From an uncultured Acidobacteriota bacterium (lineage in GTDB: Bacteria > Acidobacteriota > Thermoanaerobaculia > Multivoradales > UBA5704): DNA of 64,000 nucleotides. A program made the position numbers and the translations under genes. Positions 1 to 9,708 of this stretch are shown here, one piece after another. Position 1 is the stretch's first letter; each line of letters opens with the position of its first letter. The notes under the pieces were generated by a model. It saw nothing but the letters and a program-made list of their open reading frames with translations. It did no database searches and was not told the DNA's origin. The stretch is from the NCBI GenBank assembly GCA_963700145.1, contig OY969474.1, positions 4,480,001 through 4,544,000 on the forward strand, written 5' to 3'.

Positions 1-861
1 CTGAACGTGGTGCTGAACGTGGCGCTGATCCGCGGGCTGGGCCCGATCCCCGCGTTCGGCACCGCGGGCGCGGCGATGGGAACGGCGATCGCGTCCGGGC
101 TGGTCGCCGTCTACGCGCTGGTCAAGCTCTGGACCGGCGGCTGGGTCGTCGCCTTCCCGCGCGGCCGCGCTCTCCGCCCGGACTGGGCGATCATCAAGGC
201 GCTCTTCCGCTTCGGGCTGCCGACCGGCATCCAGGGCATCGCCATGAACGTCGGCGGCGTGCTGCTGCTCGCCTTCATCGGTTCGCTGGCGCAGAGCGCG
301 GCGGCGCAGGCGGCCTTCGCCGTCTCCTATACCCAACTCTTCTCGCTGATCACCTGGACGTCGGTGGGGCTGATGGGCGCCGCGGCCGCGGTCGCCGGCC
401 AGAACCTCGGCGCCGGCCAGCCGGACCGCGCCGCCCAGGCCGTGCACATCGCGGCGCAGTTCGGCCTGCTCGGCGCCGCCTGCGTCGGCGTCTTCTTCTT
501 CTTCTTCCCCGAGCAGCTCCTGGCGATCTTCGGCATGAACGAGCCCGTCGTCGTCGGGATCGGCGTCGAGCTCCTGCGCGTCCTCAGCGTCTCGGGCCTC
601 CTCATCGCCGTTGCCCTCACCTACACCGGCGGGCTCCAGGGCACCGGCGACACCAAGAGCCCGCTCTACATCTCGATCGTCTCGCAGGTCGTCGTGCCGC
701 TCGGCATCTGCTTTGTGATCCAGCGGATGGGCCGGCTCGACCCGCTCGACATCTGGCTGGCGATCCTCTTCGGCCACGCCACGCGCTGCGTCCTGAGCGT
801 GCTGCGCTTCAACCAGGGCCGCTGGCGCGCGATCGAAGTCAGTATCGACCGCTCGCGATAG
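1..861 (+). CDS. MATE family efflux transporter (5'-truncated by window edge)
   Basis: Multiple hydrophobic helices; MATE-like motifs GTAGAAMGTAIA, VAGQNLGAG, GLQGTGDTKSPL; frame open from base 1. Confidence 0.9.
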   Translation: MNVVLNVALIRGLGPIPAFGTAGAAMGTAIASGLVAVYALVKLWTGGWVVAFPRGRALRPDWAIIKALFRFGLPTGIQGIAMNVGGVLLLAFIGSLAQSAAAQAAFAVSYTQLFSLITWTSVGLMGAAAAVAGQNLGAGQPDRAAQAVHIAAQFGLLGAACVGVFFFFFPEQLLAIFGMNEPVVVGIGVELLRVLSVSGLLIAVALTYTGGLQGTGDTKSPLYISIVSQVVVPLGICFVIQRMGRLDPLDIWLAILFGHATRCVLSVLRFNQGRWRAIEVSIDRSR

Positions 862-868
862 GCCGGCG

Positions 869-3067
869 GTGAGTCCCCCCCTCGTCGGCGGGCTGCCGCC
901 GGTGCTCTTCGGGGTCGACCTGCCGCGCGAGGGCGACCTGTGTGCCGGGGGAGAGATCGAGGTGGCGGGCTGGGCGCTCGGCACCGGCTCCGCCGTCGCG
1001 TCGGTGGAGGTGCGGGTGGACGGCGAGGCGAGCTGCCTCCTGCCGGTCGGTGAGGTCCGCCTCGATGTCGCCATGTCTGTCGCGCTCCCCGGCGCCGCCG
1101 TCTCCGGCTGGCGTGGGCGCGCGGCGCTGCCGGCGGACGGTGGCGGCGAGGTCGCGTTCGTGGCGCGGCTGGCGGACGGCAGCGAGCACCCCTTGGCGAC
1201 CCGGCGAGTGCGGCGCGTCGAGGGCACGTCGGGGGTCCGCCTCGAGCCCCCCGTGGACGGCGCCGTACCGCGCGGCCTGCTCGGTCTGCGCGCGTGGTCC
1301 GCGCACCCGGTGCGCGAGCTGCGGGCGAGCGTCGACGGCGAGGTGGTCGCGACGCGGCGCGTGGCCGGCGAGCCTCCGCCCTGGGCGCTGGAGGTGGGTC
1401 TCGAGGGGATCGCGGGCGATCGTGCACGCCTGTGCGTCGTGGGCGTCGATGCGGCGGGGGAGCCGACGCCGCTCCTGTTCGACGCGACCTTGCCCCTGCG
1501 GTCCCTAGCGCCGGAGGAGGGCTGGCTCGGCGGGATCGACGTCTGTTGCGTGATGGAGGGGGGCGTGCTCCTCGTTCAGGGGTGGGTCTGCTGCCGCGCC
1601 GCGGAGGTCGCACGCGTCGAGATCTCCGCGAACGACCTGCCGCTGGGCCGCGCGCAGCTCGGGGCGCCGCGGCCCGACGTCGCCGATCGGCTGGCGCTGG
1701 CCGACGCGCCGGTCGCGGGGTTCGAGATGATGGAGCCTCTGCCGGAGCGAGCGGGGGGCGAGTTGATGCTGGTCGTCGCCGCGATGAACCTGCGCGGCGA
1801 GCGCTGGACGATCTCCCGGCGCCTGAGCTCGGCGCCGGCCACGGTGCCGGGAGCGGCAGTCGGCGCCGGTGAGAGGGGCACCGCGGGTCGCGGTCGCTCG
1901 CGATCCGCGGGCGGCGGGCGCGGTGTCCGCCGCGTCCGCGTCTACGCCCACGCCTTGAGCTACGGCGGCGCGCAGCTCTACCTGCACGAGCTGCTGCGCC
2001 GGCTGCTGCCGCTCGGCTCCCTAGAAGTCACCTTCGTCGCCCCGGCGGACGGGCCGCTGCGCCAGAGGACGGAGGAGCTCGGCATCGCGGTGGAGATCTG
2101 CGGTCCCTACCCGCGTCACGGCGGCGACGAGCGCGCGGAGTGGATGCGGCGCGAGGGGGAGCGGCTGCGCGCCGCGGGCTGCGACGTCGTGCTCGTCAAC
2201 TCCCTCGGCAGCTTCGCCCCCGTCGAGCTGGCGCAGGAGCACGGGCTGCCGACGGTCTGGGCGATCCACGAGAGCTTCCCCTTCGAGGTGTTCTGCGCGC
2301 TGTCGCGGATCGAAGGCGAGGCGCGCGAGCAGTTCCGCGCCGCGCTCGGCGGCGTCACCGTCGCCGTTTTCGTGGCCGAGGCGACGCGAGCGCTCCTGGC
2401 GCCGCAGGTGGCGCCCGGCCGGGCGCGGGTGATCCGCTACGGCGTCGACACCGCCGCGATCGCGGCCTTCACCGCCGGCTTCGACCGCGCCGCCTTCCGG
2501 CGGCGCCATGGCATCGGCGAGCAAGACCGCGTGATCCTCTGCGTCGCCAGGACCGAGCCGCGCAAGGGCCAGGCGCGCCTCTGTCAGGCGTTCCGGCTGC
2601 TCGATCGCCAGCCGACCCCGACCCATCTGGTGCTCCTGGGCGACACCGGGAACCCGTACGCCGCGATGGTACGGGAGGCCCTGGCGCGGCGGCCGCCGGC
2701 CAACCCCGTGCACCTGCTACCGCTGACCCCCGACGTGCTCCCCTGGTACGCCGCCGCCGACTTCGAGGTGCTGGCCTCCGACCTGGAGTCGATGCCCCGC
2801 TCCACGATCGAGGCGATGGCGGCGGGTGCGGTGGTGGCGGCCACGGCGGTGTTCGGCGTGCCCGAGCTGATCACCGACGGCGTCGACGGCCTGCTCTGCG
2901 AGCCTAACGACCTGCGCAGCCTCCACGACCTGTTGCTGCGGCTGCTCGCCCTGTCGCCGGAGCGGCGGGCGGCGATCGCCGAGGCCGGGCGGCAGCGGGT
3001 GCTGCGGCACCACGACTCAGCGGGCTACGCCGCCGAATACCACCGGCTGCTGCTGGCGCTCGCGTAG
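869..3067 (+). CDS. GT4 (GT-B) glycosyltransferase with repeated N-terminal beta-rich domains
   Basis: C-terminal half has YGGAQLYL, PRKGQ, SDLESMPRSTIEAMAAG, GVPELITDGVDGLL; N-terminus has two similar segments (GW...RxDVA...G[WF]). Confidence 0.85.
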   Translation: MSPPLVGGLPPVLFGVDLPREGDLCAGGEIEVAGWALGTGSAVASVEVRVDGEASCLLPVGEVRLDVAMSVALPGAAVSGWRGRAALPADGGGEVAFVARLADGSEHPLATRRVRRVEGTSGVRLEPPVDGAVPRGLLGLRAWSAHPVRELRASVDGEVVATRRVAGEPPPWALEVGLEGIAGDRARLCVVGVDAAGEPTPLLFDATLPLRSLAPEEGWLGGIDVCCVMEGGVLLVQGWVCCRAAEVARVEISANDLPLGRAQLGAPRPDVADRLALADAPVAGFEMMEPLPERAGGELMLVVAAMNLRGERWTISRRLSSAPATVPGAAVGAGERGTAGRGRSRSAGGGRGVRRVRVYAHALSYGGAQLYLHELLRRLLPLGSLEVTFVAPADGPLRQRTEELGIAVEICGPYPRHGGDERAEWMRREGERLRAAGCDVVLVNSLGSFAPVELAQEHGLPTVWAIHESFPFEVFCALSRIEGEAREQFRAALGGVTVAVFVAEATRALLAPQVAPGRARVIRYGVDTAAIAAFTAGFDRAAFRRRHGIGEQDRVILCVARTEPRKGQARLCQAFRLLDRQPTPTHLVLLGDTGNPYAAMVREALARRPPANPVHLLPLTPDVLPWYAAADFEVLASDLESMPRSTIEAMAAGAVVAATAVFGVPELITDGVDGLLCEPNDLRSLHDLLLRLLALSPERRAAIAEAGRQRVLRHHDSAGYAAEYHRLLLALA

Positions 3068-3122
3068 CTCGAGGAAGATGCGGAGCGTCAGAGGTACGAT
3101 CCACGCCGGGAGGTGAACCCGC

Positions 3123-3572
3123 ATGGCCACCGACGCCAACAAGGAGCTCGCGGCGGAGCTCTTCGCCCGCATCAGCGCCAACGACGTCCCCGGCGCCCTC
3201 GACACCCTCGCCGACGACGCCACCTGGTGGATCGCCGGCAAGCCCGACGCCCAGCCCGCCTCCGGGATGCACGACAAGGCCTGGATCGCCGGTCTCTTCC
3301 ACCGCATGACGAGCCAGCTCGACGGCCCGATGCGGATGACGGTAAAAGGTCTCGTCGCCGAGGGCGACAAAGTCGCCGCCGAAGTCGAGGGCCACGGCAC
3401 CCTGCGCGACGGCCGCCGCTACGACCAGGAGTATCACTTCGTCATGACGCTCCGCGACGGCAAGATCTCCACCGTCCGCGAGTACCTCGACACCCAGCAG
3501 GTCTACGCCACCTGGTTCGCGCGCCCCGAACAGCCGGCGACTGCGATGCCGGAGGTCGCCGCGCGACCCTGA
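3123..3572 (+). CDS. SnoaL/NTF2-like (ketosteroid isomerase-like) protein
   Basis: LADDATWW, VAEGDKVAAE, YHFVMTLRDGKISTVREYLDT; GGAGG RBS upstream. Confidence 0.9.
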   Translation: MATDANKELAAELFARISANDVPGALDTLADDATWWIAGKPDAQPASGMHDKAWIAGLFHRMTSQLDGPMRMTVKGLVAEGDKVAAEVEGHGTLRDGRRYDQEYHFVMTLRDGKISTVREYLDTQQVYATWFARPEQPATAMPEVAARP

Positions 3573-4087
3573 GACGCCTTCCGATCAATTCCCCGTTGCC
3601 CCCGTGGTCCTGGGTGCCAGGCGCCTATTTTTAGGGGCGCGGCGAGCCGGCCCGAGCTCGTACTGGATGTCGTCGAGGAGTTTCACCACCCCCCGGGTTG
3701 TGGTAGATCGAAGCCACCAGCCGAAGCCACCGCTCAGTCGAGCCCTAGGGGTGACGAGACGAGACAGAGGCCGAGGCAGCCTTACCGCTGGAAGTCGTAA
3801 GCGACCTTCGGACTGATCGCCAAGCGCCTAAACCAAAGCCGGTATTCCAAGGTCAACGGCACCGAATTGACCACGGCAGCCTCCTGGTCGAGAGCCGTCG
3901 AGCCTTCTACGGGCGTGCACTTCCGGGCTTTCTTGCCGTCTTCGTATTTGCGCTGGGTAGAAAGGCTAGCGGTCCACCGCGACGATTGAAAAACACGGAA
4001 GTGGCGCCGCGGCGGGAGTGCAGAGGCTCGTGTGCGCTCAGCGCTTCACACCATACCCCGGTCGTCGCCCCCGAAGGCCCTTTCGCC

Positions 4088-6578
4088 TCAGCGAGGAGCG
4101 GAGGGACAGGGAGGCGCCGGCGCTGGCGGCGCCGCGGGCCTCAGCTCCCAGATGCCGCGGCCGAAAGTGGCGATCCGGAGAAGGCTCGAGTCGGGCGAAA
4201 CGTCGATATCCGTCACGCTGACGAGCGGCAGCCGAGCGCCTAGCCGAGTCCAATGTTCGCCGTTGTCCTGCGAGCGATAGAGCCCCAGGTGAGTGCCGGC
4301 ATAAGAGGGTGCCTTTCCTGCCGGGATCTCCGACGACGACGTTGACGGGCGCGCCGGTGGGGAAGCTCCCGCGATCGATGGGCCGCCAGCTCTTGCCGCC
4401 GTCTTGGGAGCGCCACAGGTGGCTCGCCTTCTCGTCGGGCGCCTGGGAGGCGACGTAGATCGTCTTCGGATCGAGCGGGCTGAAGCTGATGGCGCTCAGG
4501 AAGCCGCGGCTTCCCGGCAGCGCTGCGGCGGGGTTCCAGGAGCTCCCTCCGTCGTCGCTCAGGAGCACGGATCCGTCGTGGATCAGCGCACCCATTTTCA
4601 GGGAGTCCGATGCGGCGACGGCGAGGCCTTGGATCCTGCTCGTCAGGCCGGCGCCCGGGAGCTTGTTCCACCGGCTCCCGAAGTCGGTCGACTTGTAGAC
4701 CGCCTCATTCACAAAGGTCAGCACGACGTCGTCGCCTTCCCGAGGCGAGGGGACGATCCGGGTGACGAAGGGAGCGGTTTTGCTGTTTCGAGCCTCGACG
4801 ATGTCAGAGCCGCTGAAGAGCATCGTCTTGCCGCAATCCTCGGACTTGTAGATCTCGGTGAAGTAGAGCGATGCCAGCAGCCGGTTGGGATTGCGCGGAT
4901 GGACGGCGACGTCGAAGCCGTCCGCCAGCAGCCGCTGTGGGAAGACGGAGCCGCCTTTCAATCGCACGCGGGTGCCGTTGTCCTGCAATCCCGCGGCGAT
5001 GACATTCGAGCCTTCCGCCGCGCTGATGGAATAGATCATATGGGTGGCGAGCCCCAGGTTCTCCTGAGTGGAGATGGGGCCGCCTCCTTTCGGCAGCTTG
5101 GCCACGCCGCCGTCGGTACCGATCCACAGATTCCCTTGCCCGTCGAAGGCGGCGGTGTGAAAGTCCGCGTGCACATAGGGTAGACCTCCCTCCGCGTACC
5201 AATCCGAGAGGAGGCGGTAGGTCTTGCCGCCGTCCGCGGTTCGCACCAGGTTGGATTGTCCGGCGAAGTAGACGACATCCGGGTCGTCGGGATCGACGAT
5301 CACCAACTGATCGTAGATGCCCTGCGGGTCCAGCAGAGGATCGTCGTCGGGAGGCCCGAAGAGGCTGCCCAGCCTCTTCGCCGACGGAATGGGATTGTCC
5401 ATGGGGACACCCGCCACCTGCAGCGGCGAGAAGGACTCGCCGCCGTCGGTGGACTTCGCGATGTCGCGGAACATCCCTCGATCATCGGCCGCCAGGGCAT
5501 AGACGATCCGAGGATCCTTGGGTGCCACTCCCAGGCTGATCCGGCTCATCGGCCCCAGTGTCTCCAGCCCCTTGGCGGGCTTCCAGCTCCTGCCGTCGTC
5601 GGTGGAGAAGAAGACGCCGGCGCCGTCGCCCTCCCGTTCCTCCTGCGCGAAGTTTCTGCCCACGGTCAGGAGAAGCTTGCCTCCCGGGATCCACGCGAGG
5701 TCCCGCACGGTCTCCGCGCCGTGAACAAGCGGCAGGGTGACGCTGGAAAATCTCTTGCCGTTGGCGGAACGAAAGAGGCCCGCGTCGGTGCCGGCCAGGA
5801 CGATCGCCGGCTTCTCGGGGTGGACGAGGATCGAGGTGACCTTTCGGGAGTTTCCCAGGAGGGTCGGACGGGTCCAGGTCTTGCCGCCGTCGGCCGACGT
5901 CACAATGCCGCGTCCGGTGCCGCCGCGGAGTCTCTCTCCGACGTCGCCGAGGCCGAGAAAGAGGGTCGCCGGAGTCGTGCGGGTGTCCAGGGCGACGGCG
6001 CCCACGGCCAGGCTGGGGAAGGAGTCGATGTCGGTCAGGGAGCACCACGAACGGCCGCCGTCGGTGGTCTTCCACAGGCCGCCTTCGGCGGCGGCCAGGA
6101 AGAGGGTATTCGGCGCGCCGGGTTGGGCGATGATCTGACTGACGCGGCCGCTGTCCACCGCATCGATCTTCTTGGCGACGGGTGTCCCGTCGGGGTAGGT
6201 CACGTTCATCTCGAGGCCTCCCTCCGTCGGCCCGAGATTGATCCAGGCCGGCTCCGGCGGCTCAAGCTCCGCCGGCGCCCGACCTTGAAGACGGTTGCCG
6301 CGCAAAGTCGAGGGAGCGAGGCGAAGCTTGTCCGCGAAGATCTCGCGCTGCTCCTGCGCCACCTCGAACAGGAATTGCAGATACTCAGGGGACCAGGAAT
6401 CGTCAGACCGCTGGCCTTCGAAGCGTCGCCCCACCTCGCGCTCCGCGCTCAGCCGCTTGGCCTCCGCCTCGGACACCTGCTGCGGGCTTTCGGCAGGAGG
6501 TGCCGCGAGGCATCGATCCGCCGGGCTCACGAGCGCTGCGGCGAGCACGAGGATGGGGAAGCAGCGGGAGCGGTTCAT
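4088..6578 (-). pseudogene. Secreted BNR/Asp-box beta-propeller protein (VPS10/xyloglucanase-like) with a 1-nt frameshift near 4303 (or sequence error)
   Basis: Signal peptide, many SxDGGxxW Asp-boxes; removing one base at 4303/4304 restores YAGTHLGLYRSQDNGEHW...ATFGRGIWEL ending at TGA 4088-4090. Confidence 0.75.
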
Positions 6579-6798
6579 GAGGCGAATCTAGCTTGGGCTA
6601 CGGACGGAATTCGATGGCGGCGCCACCATCGCCCTTCCCTCTGTTGTCTTCTCTTCTCGTGACGCGAGTCTCCAGCTAGTACAGACGGACTCATCCAGAG
6701 AGTTCTTCGCGCCCGAGATTCAGCGATCCCGACATCTATCCCTCTTTCGTTCCGCTAAGGCGGGCAAGCTGCTGGTGAAGGAGAAGAAGGTTGGATGT

Positions 6799-6948
6799 TG
6801 GTGGAGCAGAAGGGATTCGCTCCAAAGCGCGCGAGCCGCAGGCGAGCGCGCGCTGACCGAAGCCCTTCGGCTCCAACAGACCGAGCGAAGCGAGGAATGG
6901 TGGACCAAATCACTCTGAGTTCGAACACCCCAGGAAGTTCGAACACCC
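6799..6948 (-). other. tRNA-Ala/tmRNA-like 3'-end remnants; candidate att site at the element's left boundary
   Basis: Minus strand reads CGAATCCCTTCTGCTCCACCA (6799-6819) and GTTCGAAC...GGTCCACCA (6898-6926); AGTTCGAACACCC directly repeated at 6918 and 6936; no tRNA 5' half. Confidence 0.55.
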
Positions 6949-7124
6949 TGATTTTCTGGCTCCGGGAAGTCGCGGCAATGAGGCAGGCGGCATGACGTCG
7001 GTGCCGGTGAAAGGCCTGTCTCTGGGTTCCGTGCGCCGTCTCCGGAGGAGCCCGGCAGGGCGCCTCACCGGGACCGGCGTCCCTCTCTGGCATCCGCTGC
7101 ACGGCAGCGGAGCGGAGGGGCAGT

Positions 7125-8081
7125 ATGGCTTGGAAGCCCGCGACCTCGCAGCTCTCGTTGGTCCTCCCTGGCGCCCCGGCGTCACAGTTTCATTCTACAG
7201 ATGTTGAGGTCAGAACCCGCAAGTCCAGGCGCGCTGGCAGCCTGATCCGGCAGGCGCTCTACCTCGACCAGGAGGATGCCTACGCCGCCGGCGAGGTCGG
7301 TTTCCTGGCCCGGGCGCTCGTCCAAGCCACGCTGCCCCACAGCGACCCGAAGACCAACGAGTTCGTGCGGCGGAACGGCCACTTCACGCTGTCGATCATG
7401 GCGCCCAAAGACGTCGGCCTCCCCTACGGCCGCTATCCTCGCTTGGTTCTGGCCTACCTGAGCACCGAGGCGGTCCGGCGAAAGAGCCCCGACGTCGAGC
7501 TCGGCAGCCACTTCTCTCACTTCTGCGCCTCCCTCGGCATCCCACCGACTTCCGGGCCTCGGGGCTCGCTGCCAATGCTCCGCGACCAGATGCAGCGCCT
7601 CTTCGCCTCGACCTTCCAGTGCATCTTCCATGACGAGAGCAAGGGCAGCCACGCCGGCGACGGCTTCCTGGTCGCCGAGAAGCGGGAGCTTTGGTGGGAT
7701 CCGCGACACGACAGGGGTGAGCTCTCGTGGGGCTCGCACGTGGTCCTCTCGGACCGGTTCTTCCGCGAGGCGACTGAGGCACCGGTGCCGCTTGATCTGC
7801 GGGTCCTGCGCGCCCTCCGATCGCCGTTCGAGATCGACATCTACATCTGGCTCACCTGGAGGTTCTTTCGGCTGCGCCGGCCGGTGACCATTCCTTGGCC
7901 GTCGCTGGCGCTCCAGTTCGGCTCGGGGTACGCGAACCCGCGGCACTTCAAGAAGCGGTTCCTCGGCTACCTCCGCGGGGTCATCGACTACTACCCGAAT
8001 GTGAGGCTGGAGAGCTCGTCAGCGGGGCTGCTGCTCAAGCCGTCGCCAACGCACATCGAGCCACGGCCGGCGAAGCGTTGA
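7125..8081 (+). CDS. repA: Plasmid replication initiator RepA (RepA_C family)
   Basis: QATLPHSDP...RRNG...GLPYGRYPRL...TEAVR and DIYIWLTWR motifs typical of RepA_C proteins; start uncertain. Confidence 0.85.
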   Translation: MAWKPATSQLSLVLPGAPASQFHSTDVEVRTRKSRRAGSLIRQALYLDQEDAYAAGEVGFLARALVQATLPHSDPKTNEFVRRNGHFTLSIMAPKDVGLPYGRYPRLVLAYLSTEAVRRKSPDVELGSHFSHFCASLGIPPTSGPRGSLPMLRDQMQRLFASTFQCIFHDESKGSHAGDGFLVAEKRELWWDPRHDRGELSWGSHVVLSDRFFREATEAPVPLDLRVLRALRSPFEIDIYIWLTWRFFRLRRPVTIPWPSLALQFGSGYANPRHFKKRFLGYLRGVIDYYPNVRLESSSAGLLLKPSPTHIEPRPAKR

Positions 8082-8098
8082 GCGGGTCCTGATGGTTT

Positions 8099-8131
8099 GC
8101 ACAAAAGTTAACCCTGGGTTAACATTTGCGC
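8099..8131. promoter_or_regulatory. Inverted repeat upstream of abiEi (candidate autoregulatory operator)
   Basis: GTTAACCC-T-GGGTTAAC (8107-8123) with imperfect outer arms, 11 nt before the ATG at 8135. Confidence 0.6.
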
Positions 8132-8134
8132 GCC

Positions 8135-8734
8135 ATGGGCACCGTAGCTCCGAAGGCACGGAACCAGCCGGATTGGGATGGCCTCTTCACCGTCGCGCAG
8201 GCCCAGAGCGGCTACTTCACGACGGCTCAAGCCGCCCAGTCGGGCTATTCGCGTCCACTCCTTCACAAGTACCTGGCGACGGGGAAGGTGGCGCGCGTGC
8301 GACGTGGCGTCTACCGCGTCGTTCACTTCCCGGCCAGCGAGCACGAGGACCTCATCGTGCTCTGGCTTTGGGCCGAGCAGGCCGGGGTCTTTTCCCATGA
8401 GACGGCCCTCGCGCTCCACGATCTCTCCGACGCGCTTCCCGGAAAGGTCCACATGACGGTGCCCCCGAGCTGGCGTCGTCGTCGTCTCCGAGTCCCTGCC
8501 GGCCTCGTCCTGCACTTCGCCGACGTCGGCGACGTCGATCGCGCCAGCTACTCGGCGGTGCCCGTCACGACGCCGCTCCGGACCCTGCGAGACTGCATCG
8601 AGGCCAACGTCGCCGCCGACCTCGTGCGGCAGGGGATTCTCCAGGCGCGTCGGCGCGGGATCGTTTCCGCGAAAGATGAAGCTCGACTTCTTGCCGGCCT
8701 TGGCAGCCAGGCTCGAACGGTAGCCGCGCGATGA
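8135..8734 (+). CDS. abiEi: Type IV toxin-antitoxin AbiEi antitoxin
   Basis: AQAQSGYFTTAQA wHTH, RVRRGVYR, SHETALALHDL, VTTPLRTLRD; ATGA overlap with toxin. Confidence 0.9.
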   Translation: MGTVAPKARNQPDWDGLFTVAQAQSGYFTTAQAAQSGYSRPLLHKYLATGKVARVRRGVYRVVHFPASEHEDLIVLWLWAEQAGVFSHETALALHDLSDALPGKVHMTVPPSWRRRRLRVPAGLVLHFADVGDVDRASYSAVPVTTPLRTLRDCIEANVAADLVRQGILQARRRGIVSAKDEARLLAGLGSQARTVAAR

Positions 8735-9654
8735 CCGCTCGCCAGTACGCAACGCCTCTGGCCTTCAAGCAGGCCCTCGAGCAACGGCTCAAGTCCTCGT
8801 CTGCCACCGGCGTCGACTTCGCTCGGCGCCGCCAGTTGCTCGTCTTCGATCGCTTCCTCGCTCGCCTGGCCCAGGTCGCTGGCGACGCCGTTACTCTCAA
8901 GGGTGGGCTCGTCCTCGAACTTCGCCTCGCTCGGGCGCGGACCACCAAAGACATCGACCTTCGCATGATGGGCTCGTCCGACGACGTGCTCGAGCGGCTC
9001 CAGGAAGCAGGCCGCCTCGACCTCGGCGACCACATGCTGTTCGAGGTCCAGCCGGATGCGGATCAGCCCGAGATCCAGAACGAAGGGATGCGCTACGACG
9101 GTTTTCGCTATCGCACCGAGTGTCGGCTCGCGGGCATGATCTACAGCCGACCGTTCGGCGTCGACGTAGCCTTCGGGGATCCGCTCGTGGGCCAACCGGA
9201 CATCGTCGTTGCCGACGACATCCTGGCCTTCGCAGGCATTGCCCCTCCGTCGCTGCGCCTGTATCCGGTCGTCTCCCACATCGCCGAGAAGCTTCACGCG
9301 CTCACGATGCCCCGGCCGAGGCCGAACACGCGGGTTCGAGATCTTCCCGACCTGGCACTGCTGGCGACGACCGGCCCGATCGAAGGGGCGGAGCTTCGCT
9401 TGGCGCTCGAGAGGACGTTCGGCTTCCGAGGCACTCACCCGCTGCCTGCATCCGTTCCCGCGCCGCCGGCGTTCTGGGAAGCCCCCTACGCTGCGATGGC
9501 CTCGGGCGACGAACTGATCTGGGGGACGCTTGCGGACGTCACGGGAGCCGTATCAGCCTTCCTTGATCCCGCGCTCGATTCGGCCAGCTGCGGGACCTGG
9601 GAGCCGACGGACTGGCGCTGGGACGCCGCTCGTGAGGCGCCCGCGCACCGATGA
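8731..9654 (+). CDS. abiEii: AbiEii nucleotidyltransferase toxin
   Basis: LKGG...RTTKDID, AEKLHA, NTRVRDLPDL motifs. Confidence 0.9.
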   Translation: MTARQYATPLAFKQALEQRLKSSSATGVDFARRRQLLVFDRFLARLAQVAGDAVTLKGGLVLELRLARARTTKDIDLRMMGSSDDVLERLQEAGRLDLGDHMLFEVQPDADQPEIQNEGMRYDGFRYRTECRLAGMIYSRPFGVDVAFGDPLVGQPDIVVADDILAFAGIAPPSLRLYPVVSHIAEKLHALTMPRPRPNTRVRDLPDLALLATTGPIEGAELRLALERTFGFRGTHPLPASVPAPPAFWEAPYAAMASGDELIWGTLADVTGAVSAFLDPALDSASCGTWEPTDWRWDAAREAPAHR

Positions 9655-9665
9655 AACTGTGACGG
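9647..9665 (+). repeat. Isolated iteron copy
   Basis: ACCGATGAAACTGTGACGG, identical to 14685-14703. Confidence 0.85.
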
Positions 9666-9708
9666 GGCGCCGCCGCGACGCCAGAGGCTGGCGCCGTGCT
9701 CGGGCCGT

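Noticed and set aside
3780-3890. Canonical c-di-GMP-I riboswitch
   Set aside because: The GGCAAAC...GNRA...GACGC arm is missing and no gene follows on that strand; kept only as a low-interest candidate.
6799-6948. Intact tRNA or tmRNA gene
   Set aside because: Only T-loop/acceptor 3' fragments; no D or anticodon arm could be built.
6795-6995. 66-aa ORF as a functional integrase or gene
   Set aside because: Too short, in-frame TAA at 6756, no catalytic motifs; treated as junction sequence.
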